A stretch of DNA of 64,000 nt from Thecamonas trahens ATCC 50062 (GCF_000142905.1 NW_013657675.1:124001-188000), one strand, 5' to 3'. Positions 1-13,177 are shown, counted from the first letter of the stretch. Notes: generated from the sequence alone by a model not told the origin. Translations and numbers: made by a program.

Positions 1-990
1 ATAGCGCCTCGGCGTTGGCTGTCGTCTGTCGCGCAAACTCGTCGAGCGCCACCCCGTACGCCGCCGCCAGCGGTGCCGCCAGCGCCGGTAGAAACCGCGG
101 CTCGTTGCGCTTGCCGTCTTTGGCGGCCTTTTGTACGCTCTTGATTCGCGGCAGGAGCCATGGCGCGTCGGTCTCCACCATCAGCGAGGTAAGCGGGACC
201 GCAGCAACGATTGCCTCGCGTAGCTCGCGGCCAAGGCGGCCTTTAGCCGTCGCCATGCCGGTCACTCCGATGTGCAGGCCGAGATCGACCAGCGCCGCCG
301 CCTGAGTCGACGATCCGGTGAAGCAGTGTAGGATGCCCGAGATCGGCACGCCGGCCGCCTTCGCCTCGTCGCTCAGGTCGGCCACAAAGTCATCAAACGC
401 ATCCCGGCAGTGCAAGTACACCCGCCACCCGTGGGTAAATGCCAGTCTCAGCTGCGCCCGAAAGGCGCGACGCTGGACCTCTCGATCCGCCGGACATCCG
501 TCGCAGTAGTCAAGCCCGATCTCGCCGATCCACGCGCTCCGCGAGCTCGCGGCGCCGGTCACCAGCTCGATCATCTCGCTCGCACAGCCCGCATCGAGAT
601 CACCACTCCCATCGCTTGCCAGCAGCTCCTCGCTCACCGCCCACGGGTGGACTCCGACCGGGGTCGCGCACCACATCTCATTAGGCAGCGACCCTGCGAT
701 GGCCTCGATCCGCCGCGCGTCGGCCAGGTCCGACGCCGGCATGACCACGCCGGTAACACCCACCTCGACTACACACCCACCCACACACGCACCAGCACGC
801 AACGGCTCCCAGCTCAAGTAATCAGTACACGCCCCATCACCATCAAACGAGTAGTGTCACTCCCGACGTTCACTAGTTTCCCGCCAAACATACCTGCAGC
901 CGCCACCACATCGTCGAGGTCGTCGGCAAACTCGCGGTTGCTCAAGTTGGCGCAGACGTCGACCCAGAGCTGGGACGGGACCGAGCTCAT
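1..990 (-). CDS. TatD-family DNase; exons 990..894 and 768..<1; 3' end runs off the window; absent from ORF track
   Basis: Manual translation gives MSSVPSQLWVDVCANL..., VGVHPW, IGEIGLDY, Q..AF..QL.LA, YLHCRDA, ILHCFTGS, LMVETDAPW, RNEP, all TatD motifs. A GTATGT..TAG intron at 893..769 restores the frame. Confidence 0.9.
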
Positions 991-1142
991 AAGGCGGACG
1001 AGGCTGAAACTGGCTGCTCGAGTGGTACGCTGGGCGAATGCAAGCGAAATGGCGAGTATGCTCTTCCCACGGCAGAGGTGTGAGGGGGGGAGAGAGGGGA
1101 GAGACGAGGGGCTCTACGACCAGTTTAAGACGGCGGCGGCAG

Positions 1143-3303
1143 TCAGCGACGGCGCGATCGGCGCGAAGGCGTGGAAGCAGCGCGGGCCGACGCGGCAGCA
1201 GCGGCGGTCTTCTTCTTCTTGGTCGCAGGCTCGCTCGGGGTTCCGGGCATGTCTTCGACAAAGTCCGAGTCGTCGTCGGCGTCGCGGTCGAGCGGCGACG
1301 ACGGCGGAGCAGGCTTGGAGGCCGAGCGTTTGCGCTTGCGCGACGAGCGCGACGGCGCGGCAGCGTCCAGTGCGGATGCCAGAGCATTTGCCAGCAGCGG
1401 CGGGTGTGCCGACGGGTCGAGCTCAGGCAGCGGCGGCGGTGCAGAGAGGCCAAAGTCGGCCAAGCGCTCTGCAGACGTGGCCTTGACCGGCGGCGGTTCG
1501 GTGAGCCGGACCGAGGCCATCGGCTGCGAGCGGAGGATGGCGTGGACCATGGCCGCCGCTTCGGGCCCGAGGCCGAGCACGTCGACGTCGAGGCCGCGGG
1601 CGAAAAAGCCGGAGACAAGTGAGTCTGTCTCGAGGTCGGCCTGTAGCGCTGCAGTCGGGTCGGCGAGGATGCTGCGGTAGGTTGTCCGCAAGACGTTGGA
1701 TGCCGACTCGAGCCGCGCGGTGTAGAGCTTAGTCTCGGTCCGGAACATGACCAGCGACTCGGGATCCGGGCCTTGCATGACGCGAAAGGCGAGCGGAAGG
1801 AGGTGAGCGTCGTCGACCGAGCGCCCATGAGCATCGCGGAGCGTCCGCATGATTCGCGCCGCCTTGCCCATGAACGAGCCAACCACGTCGGCAAGCAGCG
1901 CCAGCGCAGACTTGTCGACGGCTTCAAAACCAACACGCGCCGCCAGCAGCACCAGCGACTGCTCGGTGAGTGTGCGCGCGAGGGCCGGCGATAGCCGTGC
2001 AGACACCGCAGCGGCGGCCGGCGTCGAGAGCGGCGCGTCGAGCGCCAGCGATGGGAGTTTGGCGTGTGCCGCAGGCCGAAGCGCAGGCACGTCGTCGACA
2101 GGCGGCTTCTCGTTGCGGAGCATGTACAGCTGGCGGACAAGCTTGCCTTGCTGGGAGCGGACCGAGTCAACAAGCGCAATCGAGCGCGTCACGTCGTTGG
2201 CAGGGATCGGCGGCGGGTGCCACACGCTCGGCGCAGCTTGCGGCGGCCGCTCGTCGAGCTCGGCGGCGCCGCGAAGGGCAGGGAAGACGTCGACGGCGGC
2301 CAGCTCCGGAAAGGCGGCGAGTGCGGCGGGGTCGACGGGGCTCTCGGCCATGAACGCGTAGCCTGCAATCGGAGCGCGGATGAGCGCCTCACGTGACTCG
2401 AACGGGAGCTCGCGCTGCTCGAGTGTGTAGGCAAGGGCACGGGCACGGGCGTGGCGGGTTGACACGCGCCAGTCGCGAGTGAGCCGCGGCAGCGATTCGT
2501 CCGGCACGAGGTCGTCGTCGTCAAGCTCCGGCGGCGGCGGTGTTGGAACTGCGCGTGGCCGGAGCCGGACATCGGGCACTTTGGCGAGCTGGACCTCTGT
2601 CCGAGCCTGGGTTTTGGCGAGGTCGGCCCGGATCTTGAGCGTCGGATCGGTGTTGTACTCGAGGCAGTTGGCAAACATGAGGTCGAGGTCGGCCACAAAG
2701 TCCGCCTTGGACTGATACACACCCTTGTCGAGCTTCCGCGACATGGTCTCGATGTCCATGGGGGTTTTGATGATGTCAAAGTAGCCCGGCGCGTCGATTT
2801 CGCGGACTCGCTTGAGGAACGGCCGCGCGTGGGTGTAGCGCGAGAGGTTGTTGAGCACTTTCTCGATGCCACCATACAGCTCCTCCATGCCCTCGATGTC
2901 CGAGTTGGCCCAGCGTGACTGTCGCGACGCCGCCTTGCCTGTCTTGGCCTTTGCTCCTGTCGGCCCCGCCTCAGCAGCCTTGCTTCCACCCTCGCCCTCG
3001 CCCTCACTGTCTTCGCTCTTGCCCTTGCTGTTGTCATCGTCGTCGTCGAGCTTGATGTGCATCCGGCCTCCCTCGTTGTAGAACGCCACGTAGTCCTCCA
3101 GATCGTATTCCATCGTGTGGTAGACGTCGTTGATCGGCTCTGGCCCGCCCGGCGGCCGATACAGCTGCGGCGCGCCAGGCACCGCCATGCCCATCGGCAT
3201 GATCCGCTGCACCGGGTCGACAGTCTGCCACGCAAACGGACATGCCTCCTGGCCCTCGGCGGTAAGCTTCTTTCCGCCGCTTGTGTTCTCGTCGTCCTCG
3301 CCA

Positions 3304-3336
<33 letters not shown>

Positions 3337-3803
3337 TCATCATCCTTCACCATGCCGCCGTCGCCGCCGCTCTCGTCATCGTCGTCGTCGTCAAAATCCT
3401 CATCGTCCTCAACGTTGAGATGCCGCAATCTGTCCTGAGCCGGCGACGCACGACGGCCTTCCTCTACACCCAAAGTGTGGAGGCGAGGTGTACGAGCAGA
3501 GGCGGCCGCTCTGTGCGGCTCGACCTCTGCGGCGAGCTTTGCCACCACGTCTGGGGCCACCGAGTGTGTTGCGCCAGGAAAGACGAGGCCGAGCATGTGC
3601 TCAAAGAGCACACCACGGACAGCAAGAGCCGTGTCTGTCGCCGAGTGGCCTTCACACCGTAGCCATGCATTAAAGGCAGGGGCCGACGAGAGGGCCTTCG
3701 CCACAACCCTGTGCTGGGCTGCCTCGAGGCGGCCAGCCCACACGCCCCGCTCCTCCAGCTCTACCGCCGTCCTGTGGAGGAGGAACGGAGGTGCTGTGGA
3801 CAT
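1143..3803 (-). CDS. SPT7: Spt7-like SAGA subunit (bromodomain + C-terminal bromodomain-associated histone fold)
   Basis: Bromodomain PFLKRV...APGYFDIIK.PMD..T...KL...Y.....F.AD..LMF.NC..YN, acidic stretch, then histone-fold-like LAARVGFEAVDKSALALLADVV. Confidence 0.75.
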
Positions 3804-4268
3804 GGCTACAGGGAGTCGGGGTAGTGATGGGGGGGTATGGTGGGGGTAGTGGTGGGGGTAGTGGGGGGTGTGAGGGGGGGGGTGTGGAATGGGGTGGTGT
3901 GGGGTGGTAGGTGGTGGGCCGGGAGGGGGTAGAGCCTAGCCAGAGGGGGGGGGTAAGCCAAGCCAAGCGGCGAAGGGGGTCAGCTGCCACCCGGCCACCC
4001 CCGCCACCCCCCTCCCCCGACTGGTCGAAAAATTGGTACCCTCCACCCCCCACCCCCCACCCCCACGCCAACCCTCTAACCTTGTCAATTTCTCCACCAC
4101 CGCAAGCGACCACGTGTTGCAAACCTCCGCACCGTCACAGACACGGCGGCGGCGGTGGCAAGCCACACGACTCGACCAAAGTCTTCCCCCCCCCCCCCCC
4201 CCCCCCCCCCCCTTCCGTCTCTGTCACACGCTACACAGAAAAGGCAGCGAGCAACGAAGCTCGATACG

Positions 4269-5984
4269 ATGGCGGCAGCAGGGTCGAGCTCTGGAGCGGG
4301 CGGCAGTGGAGGAGGTACATTTGCCGACGTTGACAGGGCGATGTTCGACGGTCTCGACGGCGCGCTGGGCGGCATTGAGGATGGGCTGGGTATGTTTGAC
4401 GGCGTCTCGGGCGAGTTTGTGGCGGCGGTGAGCGCGGCCAAGCGGGCTTATGCCAAGGCGCTGCGCAAAGCGGTTGTCAGCGCATCGCCCACGAGGCTGC
4501 ACAAGCGGTATCCTGAGGACGCACCGGCGACGTGCGGGGTGACGGCGCTGATGACGGTGGTGACCAAGCAGGCGCGCCAGGCCGAGCTCGAGGCTGATGG
4601 ACTCGAGGCCGCGAGCAAGAGCACCGAGTCTATTCGTACTCGGCTGGCAGAAAAGATCCAGTTAGCGGCGGGCGAGATGGAGGCGCTGCGGCGCAAGCTC
4701 GAGAGCTTGTGGAACGATGTTGTCACCGTCCGGAAGGCGTACCTGGCCAAGGGCGAGGATCTAGCCGAGATCAAGGAAACGCTGTTCAAGGGACACATGA
4801 CCATGAAAGACAAGGCCAAGCGCAAGACGCAGGAGAAAAAGGCCGAGGCCGAGGCAATCAAGGATCGCGCCCGACACTCGTACGACTCGGCCATCGCCAC
4901 CTTTAACGACCGTGTCGTGGCCATCTGGCGAGAGGAGCGACATCAGCTTGCGTCTCAGTGCGAGATGGTGGCGGCGCAGCTCTCGCGCGGGTACTCGGCC
5001 TTTCTCGCCAAAGCGCACGCAGCGCTGCTTCCGCCGGAAGCGCTGCGGAAGCACGTGAGCATGGCTAACCGGTTTGCTGACACCATTGCGATGGTGACTC
5101 CTCCGCTTGAGCTGCGCCATGTCTTTGCCGGCGCGCGGCGCGAAGGCCCGCTTCCACAGCCGATTCCGCCGATGTATGACGCCAAAGACCGGAAGCACAG
5201 TTACGCAGCGCGGCGCCGCGGCTTTGCTGACGCCTTTGTAGCCGCGTACGGCACGCCTTTTGAGGCCGAAAAGGCGGCCCGCCGGGCGGCACGGGCGGAA
5301 CGCGCCGCAGCGCGCGCTGCTGGCGCCGCCATCCCAATCCAGCCTGCTGCGGCAGCCCTGCCCGACGAGAATGATCTGCTTGGCGTCACCGTCTTCCGCT
5401 CACCGTTTGGCAACTACGCTGCATATGGTTTGAGTGCAGATGCGGTCATGCCGCCGGACGCCACGTCGGCCGCCACCGTAGCACGCCTCTATCTCGACAC
5501 GTCTGACGTGATCGAGCTGACGGCGTCGGCAGCTTATGACAACCCGCTGCTCTCGTCATCTGCGTCAGCGGCATCCGCGTCAGACTCGGGCACATTCCCC
5601 GCCGACCCCGACGACGATGCGTTCTTTGCAGAGATCCTAGTTGCCGGCATGTCGTCGTCATCGGCGACATCAGTGCCGGGACTCGCGTCTGCGCTGGCGA
5701 GCGTGGCCGCAAGCCCCGGCCCGCTCCCGCGGCGGGTCTCGGATCCGCCAGCCTCGCCGTCGTCTGTGGCACCACCGTCCGTCCAGGCCGTCTCTGTGCC
5801 ACGCCTCCCGCCGTCACCAGGCAAGCCACGGCGCCCGTTGTCAATGATGATGCCGTCGACGACAGCGCCCATCGGAAGTCCTGCGGCTGCAGGTGGGCCG
5901 CCCCTCCCGCCCCCTCCCAAGCGGCGGCGGCCTCCGCGCCGTCCGCAATCGATGACCGTCACCAGCATTCCTGGTGTCCCGTAG
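4269..5984 (+). CDS. Coiled-coil (F-BAR-like) protein with proline-rich C-terminus
   Basis: First ATG at 4269. N-terminal helical region (FVAAVSAAKRAYAKALRK...Y..AI..FN) resembles F-BAR; the tail has PxxP motifs such as PPLPPPPKRR. Confidence 0.5.
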   Translation: MAAAGSSSGAGGSGGGTFADVDRAMFDGLDGALGGIEDGLGMFDGVSGEFVAAVSAAKRAYAKALRKAVVSASPTRLHKRYPEDAPATCGVTALMTVVTKQARQAELEADGLEAASKSTESIRTRLAEKIQLAAGEMEALRRKLESLWNDVVTVRKAYLAKGEDLAEIKETLFKGHMTMKDKAKRKTQEKKAEAEAIKDRARHSYDSAIATFNDRVVAIWREERHQLASQCEMVAAQLSRGYSAFLAKAHAALLPPEALRKHVSMANRFADTIAMVTPPLELRHVFAGARREGPLPQPIPPMYDAKDRKHSYAARRRGFADAFVAAYGTPFEAEKAARRAARAERAAARAAGAAIPIQPAAAALPDENDLLGVTVFRSPFGNYAAYGLSADAVMPPDATSAATVARLYLDTSDVIELTASAAYDNPLLSSSASAASASDSGTFPADPDDDAFFAEILVAGMSSSSATSVPGLASALASVAASPGPLPRRVSDPPASPSSVAPPSVQAVSVPRLPPSPGKPRRPLSMMMPSTTAPIGSPAAAGGPPLPPPPKRRRPPRRPQSMTVTSIPGVP

Positions 5985-6289
5985 CGTTGCCCCACCCCAA
6001 TTCCCCTCCTCCGCTCCAACACGAGCAAGTGGACAATGGCTCGCTCGACTATCGGCAATGAATCCCACCCCCGACAATCGTGTCGGTCATGCTTGCGTCA
6101 CGCCGCTCACGAAAAGCCCCGACCGAAATGCTTGTGACCGCCAGCCACACCGCAAAGAGCCAGCGGTAGCTAGCGAGCGAGCCAGTCCCTCCCCGCCTCT
6201 CCCCCTCCCCCTCCCCTCCGCCCCACCCCACCCTTTCCTCGGACAGCCGCTACTGAATCCATCCTCGGCACACTCAACTTTGAAGCAAC

Positions 6290-9200
6290 ATGGCGGCTAC
6301 CTCGGAGCTTCCGATTGCTTTTCAAGAGCTGTTCAAGGTACGTACAGCTGCTGCAGTGAGCCACTGGCGTGCACTTCATGCCCTGCCAGGGTCGCTGGAG
6401 GTGGTGGGTAACGACGAAGGGGAAAAAAATTCAGGGGGCGCGACCTGTGGGGTGTTCCTCACCTCGGCCACCCCTGCACCACTGGCTACGCTCGCCCAGC
6501 ACTGGACCGCCGCCACATGCAGCCGCTCCACCTCTTCCTACCAACATTCCTCCCATTTCCCACCCCGCTAGCGCCCCCTGCCACCGCTCTGTCCCTCCCA
6601 GGGCGAGGATCGATCGCTGCCGCCCGCAAGCCGCGGCTCGGTGCCGACCGCGTCACGCCGCTGCTGACCCACCGCCGACGCCCGCCTCTCCCCGCTCACA
6701 GTCGCATGCGCGCTTGTCGCCATCTGCCGATTCGCCTTGCCCACCGCTAGCCCCCCCCCCCCCCCCCGCAAAGATCGAGTGCTGCGGCACCCCCACTTCA
6801 TTTTGCCTTGAAGCCTTTCACTCTCTTCGCCCGCACTGTTCGCTGACGCGGAGCTGGACTTTAGCCCACATGCGCGCAAAGAAGATGTTTTCCTGCTCTT
6901 CTCACACTCACCCCCCCTCCCTCCCCCTCCCCCCCTCTCATACACCTTGCAGCTCACGGCGCTGGGCATCAAGGAGGAATCGATCTCGTTCGATACCGTG
7001 ACGCTCGAGTCGGACAAGTACATCTGCGTGCGCGAGACTGTGGGCGGCAAGGCGCAGGTTGTGATGGTGGACGTGAACGCGCCCAAGACGCCGCAGCGGA
7101 TCAACATGCTTGCGACGGCGGTGCTGATGAATCCGGAGGTGAAGGTGCTTGCGCTGCGTGCGGAGAACCAGCTCCAGATCTTCAACCTGGACATGAAGTC
7201 GATGATGAAGGAGTACACGATGACGGAAGATGTGCAGTTCTGGAAGTGGGTGGACGTGAAGAATCTGGCGATCGTGACGTCGTCGTCGGTGTACCACTGG
7301 TCGATGGAGGGCACGTCTGCGCCTGTCAAGATCTGCGACCGGATTCCGGAGCTTGTGGGGACGCAGATCATCTCGTACCGCATGTCTGGTGACGGCAAGT
7401 GGACTGCGGTGGTGGGCATTTCGCTCTCGGGCTCGCAGGTTGTGGGCACGATGCAGCTGTACTCGCTCGAGCGGCAGCAGGTGCAGCACATTCCGGGTCA
7501 CGCGTGTGCGTTCTTTGACTTTGCGGCCGAGGCCGGCGGGCCGAAGAACAACCTGTTTGTCTTTGCTTCGCGCAACGGCGACGACTCGAAGCTCAACATT
7601 GTGGAGATTGGCCGTGAGGAGGGCGCGACGGCGTATGCCAAGAAGACGGTCAACGTGTTCTTCCCGCCTGAGGCTGCCGCCGACTTTCCGGTCTCGATGC
7701 AGGTCTCGCCCAAGTACAACACGGTGTTCCTCGTCACCAAGTTTGGCTACATCCACCTGTACGACATCGAGTCAGGCACGTGCCTGTACATGAACCGGAT
7801 CTCGGGTGAGACCATCTTTGTCACGGCGCTGCACGCGGCGACCGACGGCATCATCGGCATCAACAAGAAGGGTCAGGTGCTGACGGTGGGCGTGAACCCG
7901 GACACCATCGTGCCTTACATCCAGCAGACGCTGGGCAACGTGCCGCTGGCGGTCAAGTGGGCGTCGCGGTACTCGCTGCCGGGCGCCGACGATCTGTTCA
8001 AGGCCCAGTTCCAGCGGCTGTTTGCCGCCGGCGACGTCGCCGGCGCCGCCCGCATTGCTGCTCAGTCGCCGCGCGGCATCCTGCGGACGCCCGAGACCAT
8101 TGCGCTCTTCCAAAAGGCTCCGCCGGTCAACAACGTTCCGGCCATTCTGCAGTACTTTAACGTCCTCCTCGAGACAACCAAGCTCAACGCGTACGAGACC
8201 ATGCAGCTCGCGCGCCCGGTCGTGGCCCAGGGCAAGATGCAGCTGCTCGAGCAGTGGCTTACCGAGGACAAGCTGGAGTGCTCGGAGGAGCTCGGCGACC
8301 TGTTCAAGGCGAGCAACCCGAAGCTGGCACTCTCGGTCTACCTCCGCGCCGAGGTCTCGCCCAAGGTGGTGCAGTGCCTCGCGGAGACCGGCCAGTTTGA
8401 CAACATTGTGGTCTACGCGCAGCGCGCCAACTACACGCCGGACTGGATCTCGATTCTCGGTTCGATTGCGCTGTCGAACCCGGACGCCGCCAAGGACCTT
8501 GCGCTGCGGATTGTGCAGGGCGGCGAGGCCATGGGCTCGGTTGACGTCTCGGCCATTGTCGACGTCTTTGCCCGGTGCAACCTCATCCAGCAGGCGACCG
8601 GCTTCCTCCTCGAGGTCCTCAAGCCTGACCGCGAGGAGGATGCGGCGCTCCAGACCCGCCTCCTCGAGATGAGTCTGGTTGCCGCGCCGCAGGTCGCCGA
8701 CGCCATCCTCGGCAACGACATGCTCTCGCACTACAACCGCCAGCGCGTCGCCGAGCTGTGCGAGAAGACCGGGCTCTTCCAGCGTGCGCTGGAGAACTAC
8801 TCGGACATTGCCGACATTACCCGCATCCTCACCTCGGTCCCGCCGGCCAACCTCGGCGGCGCCGACTTTTTGGTCCCGTACTTTGGCAAGATCTCGATCG
8901 AGGGCGCGCTCGCGGCGCTCGACCAGATGCTCGCCGCCAACCTCCGCCAAAACCTGCAGGTTGTCATCCAGATTGCCACCAAGTACTCGGAGCCGTTTAC
9001 GCCGCAGGAGCTCATTGCCCTGTTTGAGAAGCACAAGTCGGTCGAGGGCCTGTTCTTCTACCTCGGCTCCATCGTCAACTTTTCGCAGGACCCGGACGTT
9101 CACTACAAGTACATCGAGGCGGCGTCCAAGGCGAACCAGCTGCAGGAGGTCACTCGCATCTGCCGCGACTCCAACTGCTACGACCCGGAGCGGACCAAGA

Positions 9201-11953
9201 ACTTCCTCAAGGAGGCCCAGCTGCCGGACCAGCTTCCGCTCATCATTGTCTGCGACCGCTTTGACTTTGTCGACGAGCTCACCCGCTACCTCTACGCCAA
9301 CAACATGATGAAGTACATCGAGATCTACATCCGCCAGGTCAACGCCCTCCGCGCCCCGCTCGTCATCGGCACCCTCCTCGACCTCGACGCCAACGAGGAC
9401 ACCGTCCGCGAGCTGGTTCTCCTTGTCAAGGACGCGTGCCCGGCGCAGGAGCTCATCGACGAGGTCGAGAAGCGCTCTCGCCTCAAGCTCCTCCGCCCGT
9501 GGCTCGAGGAGCGCGCCGGTGCCGGCGCCACCGACGCCGCCACCTTTAACGCCCTCGCCAAGATCTACGTCGAGACGTCCAACTCTCCCGAGGAGTTCCT
9601 CAAGACGAACGAGTTCTACGAGCCGCTTGTGGTCGGCAAGTTCTGCGAGAAGCGCGAGCCGCTCCTTGCCGTGGTGGCGTACACCAAGGGCACGTGCGAT
9701 GCCGAGCTCATTGCCGTCACCAACGAGAACTCGCTGTATAAGGACCAGGCGCGGTACCTCGTCGCGCGGGCCGACGCAGACCTTTGGGCCACGGTCCTGG
9801 TCGCCGACAACGAGCACCGCCGCGAGCTCATCGACGCTGTGGTCCAGTCGGCGCTCACCACCAAGACCGAGCCGGAGAAGGTCTCTGTGGCGGTCAAGGC
9901 CTTTATGGACGCCGAGCTCCCGAACGAGCTCATCGAGCTGTTGGAGAAGATTGTGCTCGACGACAGTGGCCGGTTTGCCGGTAACCGCAACCTCCAGACC
10001 CTCCTCATCATCACCGCCGTCAAGGCCGACACCTCGCGGGTCCGCGAGTACATCGAGCGCCTCGACAAGTTTGTGCCCGTCCAGATTGCCAACATCTGCA
10101 TCGGCGCCGAGCTGTACGAGGAGGCCTTCCTCGCCTTTGCCAAGTTTGACCTCAACGTGGAGGCTGTCGACGTGCTCGGCAACTACCTCAAGGACCTCGA
10201 GCGGGCAACAGACTTTGCCAAGAAGGTTGACATGCCCGAGGTCTGGTCGTCGCTTGCCGAGTCGCAGCTCACCGCCGGTGACATTGCCGCCGGTGTCGAC
10301 GCGTACATCAAGGCCGACGACGCCTCCAAGTACGATGTGGTCATCACGGCAGCCAATGAGGCCGGCGCCTTTGCCGACCTCGTCCGCTTCCTGCAGATGG
10401 CGCGCAAGAAGCTTCGCGAGACGGCCATCGAGACCGAGCTCTGCTACGCCTACGCGCGGACCGAGCAGCTCTCGGATCTGGAGGACTTTATCAACGGCCC
10501 GCACGGCGCGCAGATCCTCAACGTCGGCGAGCGCTGCTTTGGCGAGGGACTCTATGCCGCCGCCAAGATCCTCTTCAACAACATCTCCAACTACGCCCGG
10601 CTGGCGACCACGCTCGTCCGCCTCGGCGAGTACCAGGCCGCCGTTGACGCCGCATCCAAGGCCAACAACATCCAGACGTGGAAGGAGGTCAACGCGGCGT
10701 GTGTCGAGCAGGAAAAGTTCCGCCTCGCCCGCATCTGCGGCCTGCACATCATTGTCAACGCCGAGGAGCTGGACTCGCTCATCCGTTTCTACGAGGCCCG
10801 CGGCCACTTTGACGAGATCATCGCCCTCATCGAGGGCGGCCTCGGCGACGAGCGCGCCCACACCGGCATGTTCACCGAGCTCGCCATCCTCTACTCCAAG
10901 TACCAGCGCGAGTCGCTCCTCGAGCACCTCAAGATGTTCCGCGCCAAGATCAACGTGCCCAAGGTTCTCCGCGCATGCGAGGTCGCGCACATGTGGCCCG
11001 AGATGGTCTTCCTCTGCGTCCACTACGATGAGCACGACCGCGCCATCGAGATCATGATCGAGCACTCGGCGCTCGCGTGGGAGCATGTCAAGTTCAAGGA
11101 CGTCATCATTAACGTCAAGTCGGCCAACGTCGCCTACCGCGCCGTCTCGTTCTACATCGACGAGCAGCCGATGCTCCTTGTCGACCTCCTCCACACCATC
11201 ACCGCAAAGGTCGACCCGGCGCGTGTCGTCGGCATCGCCCGCAAGCGCTCTGTCCTCGCCCTCATCAAGCCGTGGCTCCTCGACATCCAGACCGTCAACA
11301 ACGCCGCGGTCAACGAGGCCGTCAACGAGCTGTTCATCGAGGAGGAGGACTTTGCCGCCCTCCGCGAGTCGATCGAGTCGCATGACGCCTTTGACGCCCT
11401 CGAGCTTGCCGTCCGCTGCGAGAAGCACGAGCTCCTCGAGTTCCGCCGCATCGCCGCCCTGCTCTACAAGTCCAACGGCCGCTGGCAGCAGTCGCTCGAG
11501 CTCTCCAAGTCGGACGGCCTGTTCAAGGACGCCATGGTCACCGTCGCCGACTCGGGCGAGCCCGAGCTCGCAGAGGACCTGCTCCGCTTCTTTGTCGCAG
11601 AGGGCAACCACGAGTGCTTCGCCGCCGCCCTCTTCACCTGCTACGATCTCGTCAAGCCCGACGTCGTCCTCGAGCTCGCCTGGCGCAACCGCATCATGGA
11701 CTACATGATGCCGTACATGGTCCAGGTCACCAAGGACTACACCTCCAAGGTCGACCAGCTGGTCGCCGCAAACTCGCGCCGTGAGGCCGTCGAGGCTGAG
11801 CAGGAGGCCGCTTCGGCAGAAGTCGGCGTCAACATGATGATGGGCACCGACGGGCCCGCCCTCCTCACCTACCCGGGCGCCGGTGGCGCTGCCGGCGCTG
11901 CCCCCATGGGCGGCGTCATGAACGCCGGCAACTACTTTGTCAACACCCTTTAG
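6290..11953 (+). CDS. CLTC: Clathrin heavy chain; exons 6290..6337 and 6953..11953
   Basis: MAATSELPIAFQELFK|LTALGI..ISFDTVTLESDKYICVRE, DQLPLIIVCDRFDFV, HELLEFRRIAA. GTACGT..TTGCAG intron at 6338..6952, phase 0. Confidence 0.98.
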
Positions 11954-12109
11954 CATCCCGTACACCACATGGGCTGTCGGTATCCAGTGAACACGCTCTA
12001 GCCGAACACCCTCCTGCCGCCGCCGTTCACCTCGCACATTGCGAGGCGAGCGACCACTTGTGACCATCCATCTCTCTCCCTCCACTCGCGCACCACCGAA
12101 ACTTGAGCC

Positions 12110-12786
12110 ATGCTCTCCCCGCGTGACAGGGTCTTCCTGGCCACCTTTACCACCCTGCTCGTTGCCCTTGTCTGCACCGTCCATGCCCGTACGTCGGCTG
12201 CCCTGCCACCCTTGCCGAGTCGCACACGCCAGCCCCCCCCTCCCCCTCCCCCCCTGTCATGGACTCACCCCTGCCCCCCTTCCCCGTAGTCATCTACATG
12301 GACCGTCTCCCGTCGCGAGTCCCGTCGCACTTTGACGGGAGCGGAAACCCAAACTCGTGGTCGTCAAAGGGCACGGTGCTCGGCGTGTACATGGCCACGG
12401 TCTGGGGTCTGGTGGTCATCTTTCTTGTTGTCGGCTGGCTCATCACCATCACCCCCATGGAATACGTCAACTTGCCCAACAAGGAGTACTGGCTCGCCAC
12501 CCCGCTGCGGAGGACAGAGACGTACACCTACCTTTTTACCGTCTTTCAGATCTGGGGTGCCTCCACCAACGCCTTTATGCTCTTTGTCTTCCAGCTCATG
12601 TTCTCCGCCGCCATCAACGGCGAAGCACTCTCCAATCTCTTCTGGTTCGGCTTTGCCGTCTACATGCTTGCCACTGCCGCTTTTTCCATCTCGCTCGCCC
12701 TCCGCTTCCGCCGCCTCCCCGCCGATGCCCAGCCTGTCGCTGCGGCCTCGCTCCGCAGCGGCCAGAAGCAGCAGCTGCTGATCTGA
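12110..12786 (+). CDS. DUF1648-domain membrane protein; exons 12110..12188 and 12290..12786
   Basis: N-terminal TM helix followed by LPSRVPSHFDGSGNPNSWSSK (DUF1648 motif), VNLPNKEYW and three more TM helices. GTACGT..TAG intron at 12189..12289 is in frame. Confidence 0.75.
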
Positions 12787-13125
12787 GGCACCCCTCGTCC
12801 TCCCCCCCCTCCCGCCATCAACAGGAATCGATCGGATGATGACGAGCAGTAGCTGATCATCATCACACTACCCCAACCAAACCATACTCCTCCAACATAC
12901 ACCATACTCACCCCCATCAGCGACCCCCCCCCCTTCCCCCTCCCCCTCCCCCTCCCCCTCCCCCCTCCCCCCCATTGCTACTTGATNNNNNNNNNNNNNN
13001 NNNNNNNNNNNNNNNNNNNNNNNNNNNNNNNNNNNNNNNNNNNNNNNNNNNNNNNNNNNNNNNNNNNNNNNNNNNNNNNNNNNNNNCGACCCCTACCCGT
13101 CCTCCCCCCCCCCCCTCCCCCCCGT

Positions 13126-13177
<52 letters not shown>

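Noticed and set aside
3820-4215. Poly-G/poly-C, (CA)n and (CAC)n tracts in intergenic DNA
   Set aside because: These are recurrent simple sequences found throughout the window, often at assembly gaps. No specific function can be supported, and they are not telomeric.
7772-12184. 1470-aa antisense ORF over clathrin, and many similar overlapping ORFs
   Set aside because: These are shadow ORFs caused by high GC3 codon bias, with no recognisable domains.
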